DNA of 64,000 nucleotides from Hypanus sabinus (lineage: Eukaryota), in assembly GCF_030144855.1 (NCBI RefSeq), contig NC_082720.1:85560001-85624000 (forward strand), in the 5' to 3' direction. Made by a program: the position numbers and the translations under genes. Under the pieces are notes generated by a model. It saw only the letters and a program-made list of their open reading frames with translations. It did no database searches and had not been told where the DNA came from. This document shows, piece after piece, positions 53,681-64,000 of this stretch. The stretch's first letter is position 1. The number at the start of each line of letters is the position of its first letter.

Positions 53681-53865
53681 CTGTTGACCGATCTATTTCA
53701 TCGAGCTTGAGTGATGCCAGAGATGCTTTGGTTAATGCTGTTATAGATTCACTTGCTACTTATCGTACAGCAGTTTTAAGCCAACAGCAGCAACAACAGC
53801 CGGGTGTAATTGCTCCCTTCTCATTACGGTTGTTTCCTCTCTATGTCTTAGCTCTACTGAAACAG
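53681..53865 (+). CDS. SEC24A: SEC24A exon 18, helical domain
   Basis: atttag|CT..CAG|gtatgg; 185 nt; SLSDARDALVNAVIDSL..PFSLRLFPLYVLALLKQ. Confidence 0.95.
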
Positions 53866-54847
53866 GTATGGAATATTTTTCTCTTCCAAATACCTATATC
53901 TCTTGCATGGAATTAGATGTCAAACATTATTTTTAAACACAACATACTTAAACGTCTTCATGTGGTGTCCGAGTAATTTTTCTCTAAAACTTGATGGGAT
54001 ACTTTGTGAGTCTCCGTGCATTTGATGCATAGACACAGACTTCCTTCCATGTACACTATAGTTTAGAATAGTTTATAGAGAAAAGATACAGAAGTTTTAC
54101 AAGTTCTTCAGGCCTTATGTTCTGAAGAATGTCTTCTGGTGGGGCTGAGGTTTGCAAGGGTGTTCATTTAAAGAGTCATCCCTCTTCTGAAGAATCCAAA
54201 ATTATTTTGTTTACTTCTTTCATCCTTTCCTTCGCTCTTCAGCTCAGCTTGGTTTGTAACAAATCTTAATTCTATTACTCTGGTGTTTTGACACCAGACA
54301 GTTATGAAACACTTAGTAGTGCATCCTGCCCTTGGTATGAAGTGACCAAATAGATTTTTTTTGTTCACTGACCATCAGTAAATAAAGGCAATTATCATTT
54401 GCTTCTGTCATATCTTAAAGAATATTTTGCAATGGGCGCCGTTCAATCTTGGTATTCCGGTTTTTTTTAATGATCGAATGCACATTCAAACTTTACCAAA
54501 ACAGACAAGGGGAATATTATTAGTGCAAATACTCATGGAGTTTCTTACAAGCCACTCTTTTAACCATCATCTCCTATTTTCTATGTGTGTTTCTTGTGTG
54601 ACTTGGAAATGGATTAACCATTGCAGAGAGATGCTAGTTTTACTTCTACCTGTCTAAATTTCAACTCTTCATGTAGAAATGCTAGCATAATTGGAACTTG
54701 ATTTTAGGAAATTGAAGCTAATTTTACTAAGTTAATGTTGAAATGTTGCTTATTAAAATGTATTTTCTCTTCTGGTTTTATCCTCAAGCAGTACATGTGG
54801 TACTGCTAATGACGTGGTGGCTAATGACGTCTCTACCTTTATTGCAG

Positions 54848-54985
54848 AAAGCTTTCAGAACTGGAACTAGTACAAGGCTGGATGACCGTGTGTTTTCCAT
54901 GTGCGAAGTGAAATACCAGCCTGTGTCTTACCTCATCCTCATGATTCATCCACATCTGTACAGGATTGATAATCTGTCAGATGAG
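54848..54985 (+). CDS. SEC24A: SEC24A exon 19
   Basis: ttgcag|AAA..GAG|gtaggc; 138 nt; KAFRTGTSTRLDDR..HPHLYRIDNLSDE. Confidence 0.95.
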
Positions 54986-55063
54986 GTAGGCTGCATTTTG
55001 TTCTATTTCTTCTGGAGCAGATATTATGTAACAAGCCATTTTTAATACATTTTTATTTTACAG

Positions 55064-55168
55064 GGATCCATTAATGTTAATGATAAAACTATACCTCAGC
55101 CACCAATTCTTCAACTGTCTGTAGAGAAACTAAATCGGGATGGCGCCTTCTTAATGGATGCTGGCTCT
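55064..55168 (+). CDS. SEC24A: SEC24A exon 20, start of gelsolin-like domain
   Basis: tttacag|GGA..TCT|gtgagt; 105 nt; IPQPPILQLSVEKLNRDGAFLMDAGS, which is A-type rather than B-type; preceding intron is only 78 nt. Confidence 0.95.
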
Positions 55169-56130
55169 GTGAGTGACTTGTTATACAAATCCATTTGGGT
55201 TGGCTTGTATTTATAATTTCTATTTCTAGTGGCTGATTTTTTAGGTTTTGGTGTACCATTTCTTGGAAAAGTGCAGACTTTATAGAACCTAATTTAGAGG
55301 CCGGGCACTATGTGAAAAAATTTTACTGTAAATATACTTCATTGTAGTTTCATTCTGAAAACCAAATCTTTTGTTTGCAGGAGATAAAATAAGGATTTCC
55401 TGGATGAATTTTTAACATGACAAATATTTAGTTGAAACGTTAAGTGGATTATAACGTGTGTTTGTATGTATAATAAGCTTATAACTTGGGGATTTCTGGA
55501 AATAGCCAAATTTTATTGGTGTAAAAAAAAATTGGCCATTTATGTAGCATTTCCTGAGTTGATGCATAACTTCCCGATGCTGTTCTGGCAAATTAAGGTG
55601 TTAATGTTGTATTAATACAGCTTTTTTATTTGAATGAAAGTATTAATAGAATCTCAGATTGCTTTTTTTTCCCTGTTAGTTTCTGATGTTCACCTGATCT
55701 AAATTACCCAGCCTGTCAGTAAATATTTAATTCTTTGCTGTTGCATATACTTATTTTTGTTCTCGATCATTTATGCTCTTGCCTGCCTTAAATCCTACTG
55801 ATTTAAGTCTTAGCATTTTGATTAACAAAGTTCCTGTAGCTCTTTGGAAAGAGTTCAAGATTTAGTAATATTGTAGAAAGGATGCTTCAATTCTAAATGC
55901 TCTAGCTTACATGTTTTTCATGCCCTGTGTTCCACATTGCACCCATCAGAAAAGATAATTGATCTGTGATGACCTTGACTTTTTTAAACACATCAATTAT
56001 TTCACAGTTGTGTTGTTTCAGGGAAATACAAGGTGGTCTGTGTCGCATGATCTAATAATTTAATCTCTTAAATTCTGGTATAATTGTAGTGAACTTCAAG
56101 ATTCAAAAACTTTATTGTCATTCCAACCAT

Positions 56131-59100
56131 ACAATAGACAATAGGTGCAGAAGTAGACCATTCGGCCCCTCGAGTCTGCACCGCCATTCTGAGATCATGG
56201 CTGATCATTCACTATCAATACCCAGTCCCTGCCTTGTCCCCATATCCCTTGATTCCCCTATCCATCAGATATCTATCTAGCTCCTTCTTGAAAGCATCCA
56301 GAGAATTGGCCTCCACCGTCTTCCGAGGCAGTGCATTCTACACCTCCACAACTCTCTGGGAGAAGAAGCTCTTCCTCAACTCGTTTTAAATAACTGACCT
56401 CTTATTCTCAATCCATGCCCTCTGGTACTGGACTCTCCCAACATCTGGAACATATTTCCTGCCTCAATCCTATCAAATCCTTTAATTATCTTAAACGTTT
56501 CAATCAGATCCCCTCTCAATCTCCTCAATTCCAGCGTGTACAAGCCCAATCTCTCCAATCTCTCTGCGTAAGACAGCCCTGCCATCCCAGGAATCAACCT
56601 AGTGAATCTACGCTGCACTTCCTCAATTGCCAGAATGTCCTTCCTTAAACCTGGAGACCAAAACTGTACACAATATTCCAGGTGTGGTCTCACCAGGGCC
56701 CTGTACAAATGCAAAAGGACATCCTTGCTCTTGTACTCAATTCCCCTTGTAACAAAGGCCAACATTCCATTTGCCCTCTTCACTGCCTGTTGCACTTGCT
56801 CATTCACCTTCATTGACTGATGAACTAGGACTCCTAGGTCTCTTAGCATTTCTCCCTTACCTAACTCTACACCGTTCAGACAATCCTCTGCCCTCTTGTT
56901 CCTGCTTCCAAAGTGGATAACTTCACATTTATTCACATTGAATGACATCTGCCAAGTATCTGCCCACTCACCCAGCCTATCCAAGTCTCCCTGTATTCTC
57001 CTAACGTCCTCTTCGCATGTCACACTGCCACCCAGTTTAGTATCGTCAGCAAACTTGCTGATATAATTTTCAATGCCCTCATCTAAATCATTGACATAAA
57101 TCGTAAAGAGCTGTGGTCCCAATACAGAGCCCTGTGGTACCCCACTAGTCACCTCCAGCCAGTCCGAGAAACACCCATTCACTGCTACCCTTTGCTTTCT
57201 ATCTGCCAACCAGTTTTCTATCCATGTTGAAACCCTGTCCCCAATGCCATGAGCTCTGATTTTACTCACCAATCTCCTATGTGGCACCTTATCGAATGCC
57301 TTCTGAAAATCTAAGTACACAACATCCACTGGCTTACCCTCGTCTAACATCCTTGTTACACCCTCAAAAAACTCCAACAGATTAGTCAAGCATGATTTGC
57401 CCTTGGTAAATCCATGCTGGCTCGGCCTAATCCTATTTCTGCCATCAAGATGTGCCACTATTTCGTCCTTAATAATGGACTCAAGCATCTTCCCCACGAC
57501 TGACGTTAGACTCCGTTTTCTCCTTCCCTCCCTTCTTGAAAAGTGGGATAACATTAGCCACTCTCCAATCTTCAGGAACTGATCCTAAATCTAAGGAACA
57601 TTGGAAAATGATTACCAATGCATCCGCAATTTCCTGAGCCACCTCTTTTAGAACCCTCGGATGCAGACCATCTGGACCCGGGGATTTATTAGCCTTCAGT
57701 CCTACCAGTCTACTCATCACAGTTTCTTTCCTAATGTCAATCTGTCTCAATTCCTCTGATATCTTATGACCCTGGCCCATCCATACATCTGGGAGATTGC
57801 TTGTGTCCTCCCTGGTGAAGACAGATCTAAAGTACGCATTAAATTCTGTTGCCATTTCCCTGTTTCCCATAACAATTTCTCCCAATTCATTCTTCAAGGG
57901 GCCAACATTGTTCTTAATTATCTTCTTTCTCTTCACATAGCTAAAAAAGCTTTTGCTATCCCCTTTTATATTCCTGGCTAGACTGAGCTCATACCTGATT
58001 TTTTCTCTCCGTATTGCTTTTTTAGTTAAGATCTGCTGTTCCTTAAAACTTTCCCAATCATCTGTATTCCCACTCATCTTAGCCCTGTCATACTTCTTTT
58101 TCTTTAATGCTATACAATCTCTGACTTCCTTTGTCAACCTCTGTGGCCCCTTCCCCCTCTTTGAATCCTTCCATCTCATTGGAATGAACTGCTTTTGCAT
58201 CTTTTGTATTATCCCCAAGAATATCTGCCACTGCTGATCCACTGTCTTTCCTGCCAGGGCATCCGCCCATTTAACTTTGGCCAGCTCTTCCCTCATGGCT
58301 CCGTAGTCTCCTTTATTTAATTGCAACACTGACACCTCTGATCTGCCCTTATCCCTCTCAAATTGTAGATAAAAACATCATGTTATGATCACTACTTCCT
58401 AATGGCTCCTTTACTTCAAGATCACTTATCAATTCCTGTTCATTACACATCACCAAGTCCAAAATAGCCTCGTTCCTGGTTGGCTCAAGCACAAGCTGTT
58501 CCAAAAATACATCCCTTAGACACTCCACAAACTCCCTATCCTGGGGTCCAGCACCTACCTGATTCTCCCAGTTCACCTGCATGTTTAAATCTCCCATAAC
58601 GACTGCATACCTTTAGCACATGCCAATGTTAACTCCCTAATCAACTTGTACCCAATATCCACGCTACTGTTTGGGGGCTTGTACACAACACCCATTAGGG
58701 TCTTTTTACCCTTACTGTTCCTCAGCTCAATCCACACAGACTCTACTTCCCCTGTTCCCAAGTCACCTCTTGCTAAGGACTGAATCTCATTCCTCACCAA
58801 CAGGGCCACCCCACCCCCTCTTCCCATATTTCTGTCTCTACGATAGCACGTATACCCTGGTACACTCAATTCCCAGGCCTGATCCCCTTGCAGCCATGTC
58901 TCCGTTATCCCAACAATATCGTAGTTCCCCATTTTCATCTGAGCTTCAAGCTCATCTGTCTTATTTCTGACACTATGCGCATTCAAATATAGAATTCTGA
59001 GCCCATTCCTCCTCTCTTTGCTTAAAACACTGTCTACTGTACCTAACCCAGCTCCTTGAACTTCCATCGGGCTAATTGCACCCTGAATTTTGATGACCTT

Positions 59101-59595
59101 CTCAAGATCACCCAAACCTTCTACACATTTAACCCCATGCTCCTTCTGACCAACCCTCTGGATCTGGATCCCTGCCCCCTGCACATCTAGTTTAAACCCC
59201 CCTGAGTAGCACTGGCAAACACTCCTGCAAGAATGTTAGTACCCCTCCGGTTCAGATGTAGACCGTCCCTTCAAAACAGATCCCAATGTCCCTGGAACAA
59301 AGACCAATTATCCAAAAATCTGAACCCTTCCTTCCTGCACCATGCTCTCAGCCTCGTATTGATGTGCATAATCATTCTATTCTTCGCCTCACTCGCACGT
59401 GGCACAGGTAGCAATCCCGAGATTGTCACCCTGGAGGTCCTGCTTTTCAGCTTCACTCCTAACTCCCTGAACTCTCTAAGCAGGACCCCCTCACTCACCT
59501 TACCTACATCGTTGGTCCCTACATGGACCACTACATCTGGGTTCATGCCCTCGTTCTTAAGAATAGCCTGCACCCGATCTGATCTGCACCCGATC
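56131..59595 (-). mobile_element. Young CR1 LINE: SGNH-esterase ORF1 3' half plus nearly complete ORF2 (APE and RT)
   Basis: ORF1 VVVHVGTND..DGLH; ORF2 LYLNAHS, GITETWL, GDLN, SDH, LDFQKAFDKVPH, GVPQGSVLGP, FADD; only a few frameshifts; tail ctattgtctattgt. Confidence 0.95.
59190..59196 (-). other. Candidate -1 ribosomal frameshift heptamer U_UUA_AAC at the CR1 ORF1/ORF2 junction
   Basis: Minus strand GGT TTA AAC TAG in the ORF1 frame; the -1 frame TTT AAA CTA GAT GTG CAG is open into the endonuclease domain. Confidence 0.55.
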
Positions 59596-60977
59596 ATACA
59601 TCAGCTCTGCAGGGCAGAATGAGACAGCATTTCCCAGGGGCAAGTGCAATCATAATAAACGCAACAATAAGTAGTAAACGCAACAGTAAATAGTAAAACA
59701 CAACAGCCACATGTCAGTTAAAATCAAGTTATAAGTGTCCAAAGCAGAGTCAGGTAGAGCAGCTGTTTAGCAGTCTGACTGCCTGTGGGAGGAAGCTGTT
59801 TCGTAGCCTTGTGGTTTTAGTTTTGATGCGCCTGTAACGTTTGCCTGATGGCAGAAAAACAAACAGTTCGTGGAGAGGGTGTGAGGGGTCTTTAATGATG
59901 TATCGTGTCTTTGGGAGGCATTGACTCTGAAAGAGGTCTTGGACAGAAGGTAGGGAGACCCCAATAACCTTCTCTGCTCCTCTAACCACCCTCTGCAAGG
60001 CTTTTTTGACGGCAGCACCGCAGCTGGAGTACCAGGTTGTGATGCAACTTGTGGCATACCCATGACAACTCCATTTTTCTTTATATTCTTGTAGTAATCA
60101 GTATACATCATTGTAGCCCATTTGACCTTTTATTTTTTTTTCATATTTAGCATCTCATCACTAGAATTGCTTTTGTTCTCACAATTCATTCTTTTGACAC
60201 ATGAGTAAAAATTATTAACCTACTGTGCATTGTCACACTGAAGACCATTGGTCTTTTCCTTTCTCACTTAGCCTGCCCATGCATCTTTTCAGCTTCCCAC
60301 TACGATGTACATAACTTACTGCGTTTCCTTGCTTAATGCTAGTTTTATATCTGGACATACAACTGCCTTTTAAACACAACTTTAATGTGTGTAGTTTACA
60401 CAGTAGTAGACAGTTGCCAAGGAGGGACTGCAGTAAAAAATCATTAAACAGGTTCTTGTGATGTTAGTTATTTAATGAGGAGTGATTAAGTAGACGAGAA
60501 GTAATTCATGCAAAATGCTGGAGGAATCCAGCAGGTCAGGCAGCATTCACGGAAAGGAATAAACAGTTGACAAATTACGGCAAGTTTAGTTTGTAGGATT
60601 TTCACTTACAACTGTGGTTTGAAGTTCTGGCTGAGATTTCAGATAGATTAATTGCCAATCGTGTTGAGGGGTGCACTTACATTAAGCAATATTTTTCAAT
60701 GTGATTAGTTAAGTATTTTCTCAGATGTGCTATGCAATTTTGTTTGCAGTTTCTTTGGATAAAACGTCTCAACTCAAATCTGGCACTTTGCTGGACAGAT
60801 AGGATTATTTGTATTTCCTATGTAGTCTTTGTCAAATAGCTTGTATTTTTTTTGAATATATAGCTTGATTTTTGTTAACTTAAAATTGCTCCAAGCTTAA
60901 TTATTTGATGATTTGATTTTTATTTTTAACATGGCGAGGAAAATGACTTGAAAAGTTATTAATCTCCTTTCTTTCAG

Positions 60978-61070
60978 GCTTTCTTTCTTTGGGTCGGAAA
61001 AAATTGTTGCACGCACTTCATCAGTCAAGTTCTTGGTGCTTCTAATTATGCTTCGATACCACAATACATG
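60978..61070 (+). CDS. SEC24A: SEC24A exon 21
   Basis: ctttcag|GCT..ATG|gtaggt; 93 nt; LWVGKNC..SQVLGASNYASIPQYM. Confidence 0.93.
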
Positions 61071-61328
61071 GTAGGTCAAGTGCATCAGTTTTTCTCATGC
61101 CTCTGGAATTTGCCTTTGATTTTCAGCAGTGGAAATCTAAATAAATAGCTACTCCTTGTTTATGTAGACAGTTAACACTGATTTGTGGCTCTAATTTCCT
61201 AAATAAGAGTTTTTGTGAGAATGTCAAAACAACCGATCTTTTTCTGCTGGCTTTTGATTATTTGAGAATTTATGTCATTGACTTTGACATTTTTCCGTAC
61301 TAATAACGTTCATAATCCATTTAAAAAG

Positions 61329-61432
61329 ACACAGCTTCCTGAACTGGATACAGCTGAATCAGAACGTACCAGAGCCTTCATTTCCTGGTTGCGGGATCAA
61401 AGACCATTTTATCCTGCACTTCAAGTGGTTAA
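61329..61432 (+). CDS. SEC24A: SEC24A exon 22 (final exon not found in window)
   Basis: aaaag|ACA..AA|gtaagt; 104 nt; TQLPELDTAESERTRAFISWLRDQRPF; start could instead be 61335. Confidence 0.9.
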
Positions 61433-61511
61433 GTAAGTGATGTAATTTTCCATACATGTTCATACTGCAGCACAGAAAAAGACTATTTTGCTAACTAGGC
61501 TAATGCCAGCA

Positions 61512-62012
61512 CAGGCTTCCCCTGCTATCCAAAGGTAGAGCGTTCCTGTGAAACTGTTCATAAGCCAAAATGGCGTAAAGTGAAGAAGCAATTACCATTA
61601 ATTTATATGGGAAATTTTTTGAGCATTCCCAGATCCAAAAAAATAACCTACCAAATAGCATATAAAACCTAAAATAACACTAACAAAAGCAGGAATGATA
61701 TGATAAGTACACAGCCAATATAAAATAGAAATAATGTATGCACAGTGTAGTTTCACTTACCAGAAACAGGAAGATTGAGCCGAAACCAATTTGTAGGAAA
61801 AAAATCGGCACGTACACGCATGTGCACACACCTGCCCATGCAAGGTTTCATGGTCATGGTAGTCTTTCTCGGGGTAAACACAAGTTTAAAGCGGGCATCT
61901 TTTTTCGTAAGAGCAAAAATCCTCTTTCGGTTAGCGAAAATAGGTACTAATGTAGGTCTTTTGTAAAAGCGAAATGTCGTAAAGTGAACGTTTGAAAACC
62001 AGGGGACACCTG
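61512..62012 (-). mobile_element. Tigger-derived MITE
   Basis: caggcttcccctg..caggggacacctg|TA; matches both ends of 11736-14940. Confidence 0.88.
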
Positions 62013-63529
62013 TATTGTTTTCCATATTCTTAACACTACAAATAAAGTTTTTCTTGTATTCCCTTTTGAGTTTGTTAGTGGCTTTAATTTACAACCCCCT
62101 CGCTCTTGTGTTTCACTCTAGCAGAAATGTTTTCCATGATTAAAGATAGAAAATGCTGAAAGTGTAGAACAGGTGAGAAAATATTTCTGGTCAAAGAAAC
62201 ATTTCAGGTCAGTCAGAACCTTGAATTTAGAAAACTTGTGTGCTTAAACTCCGATGAAGGGGAAGGTTCAGAACAAAGAATGTCTGTAGAATGGAGATCA
62301 GAAGAACACATCATACATTAGTCATGACAAGGAGTTGGTGATGTAGGTTTGTTAACAGTAACATGCCTTTCTCAGGGGCATGTAAATAGAGGGAGAATAC
62401 TAGATATGGGGGGGTGGATCTATAAAGGAGAATGCTGGAAAGGTAGCATCTGTGGGGGAAAAAACATTCATGTAATGTCCCAGGCTGATAATCTTCCTTC
62501 TGCCCCCTCTCACCTCACCCCTATCCACTAACAGCAACTGGCTGACACTAGTACAAATAGAATATTGTTCATATGAAATATTTGAGATACATTGTTTATA
62601 TTCTTCTCAGGATTATTTTTAATTGTCATCTATGTTTGTAAATCAAATTGTAAATTTGCTTTAATTATTTTTAAGATATTTTGCTAATTCAAGGTATTGG
62701 AGGCCCTTTAGCCGAAGTTGTAATCTCACAGAATAGCATATGTAATATAATGTGAGATTTGTTTTGATTTAAAATAATTTTTCAATACCATTTCTTTTAT
62801 CCATTTTCAATAATCCTCTACCACATTTTTGACATCTGTAATGGTGCTTTTCCAAACTATTTTCTGTCAATAACAATAACAATTTCAATAACAAAACAGC
62901 ATTTCTGGGGGATACGAGAGAGGCAGTAGATATCTGTAGTAAAGAGGAAGATTGGATGTGCATCCGACCATGATTGTATGGGTTTCCACCATGGATTGTC
63001 TGGATGGTGATCTGTGTCAGAATTCTGCTGGCTGTTTATCTCATTTCTGAGATGTCTGCACCAGTCACTACAATTATAATAGACTTGAGACTTGTCACCT
63101 TCATTTTTTTGTACAGGCTCTGGATTTCTTCTCCCAGTGGGAAAGCTTTGGAGTCCCATTGGGAAGAGGACTTGCGTCTTGAGTTTGAAATTAAATTTGA
63201 AGTGTTGGTATTGACTTATTTGGATTTTTTATTGATAACATTCAAGAGAACTGGAAAAATTTCCATGGTGGGGGTGTAGATAGGGTAAATGCATGGTGGC
63301 TTTTCCGACTAAGTTTGGGGGAGACTAGCACTAGATGTCATGGGTTAAGGGTGAAAGGTGAAATGTTTAAGGACAACATGAAAGGAAGCTACTTCACTCA
63401 GAGGGTGGTGAGAGGGTTGAAGGAGTTGCCAGCAGAAGTGAAGATGATCTGATCTCCAAAAGTCATAAAGTTAAAGATGAAACATTCTTTTCAAGCAAGA
63501 TTAGTGTATTATTTTTGTTTTGTACAATT

Positions 63530-64000
63530 TTAGAGTGGAAAAAAGGAAAGGAGCACCATGCAAATGTTTGAGCTCTCAGATTAACTTTTACCAAGGACTC
63601 AGAACTTAATTAGCTTGTTAGGGTTATGGCTTGTTCACAATCATCATTAGGAAAGGCCAGGTGATGCAAATTTTAAAGCTTTATGAATACCCTGACTCCT
63701 CAAACCTTGTCCCAACAATCAGCAGCCATGGGCTCCACTAAGCAGCTGCCTAGCACTCGAAAATTAAAATAAATGATGCCCACAAAGCAGGAGAAGGCTA
63801 TAAGAAGATAGCAAAGTGATTTCTCAGTTCGTAATGTAATTAAGAAATGGCAGTTAACAGGGATGGTGGAGGTCAAGCTAAGGTCTGGAAGACCAAGAAA
63901 ACTTTCTGAGAGAACTGCTCATAGGATTGCTAGAAAGGCAAATCAAAACCCCCATTTGAACGGAAAAGACCTTCAGGAAGATTTAGCAGACTGGAGTGGT
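63530..64000 (+). mobile_element. Tc1-type transposon 5' part, running off the window
   Basis: DAHKAGEGYKKIAK..RSGRPRKLSER..KDLQEDL paired-like DNA-binding region; 5' boundary uncertain. Confidence 0.8.

Larger units (their letters stand above)
56092..60050 (-). mobile_element. Rex1/Babar 3' fragment split by CR1 (pieces 56092-56130 and 59596-60050)
   Basis: Tail and AATAAA at 56092-56117 on minus; IIKDPSHPLHELFVFLPSGKRYR..NSFLPQAVRLLN at 59750-59998. Confidence 0.8.

Noticed and set aside
61433-64000. Final SEC24A coding exon (expected DES..EDRTE..SYYEFL)
   Set aside because: No matching sequence found by eye; presumed downstream of the window

Overview
Eukaryotic (vertebrate) genomic DNA. 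The repeat set (esterase-type CR1, Rex1/Babar, Penelope-like, Tc1, pogo/Tigger, hAT-Charlie) suggests a cartilaginous fish; this is inference. The window lies inside one plus-strand gene, SEC24A (COPII cargo adaptor). I traced 21 internal coding exons by hand (4747-61432, 3199 nt, one continuous frame, all splice phases compatible, one GC-AG intron). The first and last exons appear to lie outside the window, and exon numbers are borrowed from the human gene. The introns are filled with nested transposable elements. Best leads: (1) a young CR1 LINE has an in-phase U_UUA_AAC slippery heptamer just before the ORF1 stop, with ORF2 in the -1 frame, suggesting programmed -1 frameshifting; (2) short Penelope-derived fold-back elements, several with target-site duplications, carry minimal type-I hammerhead ribozyme motifs; (3) a hAT/Charlie DNA transposon carries a captured 3' end of 28S rRNA. 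All family and homology calls come from recalled motifs, not from database searches.
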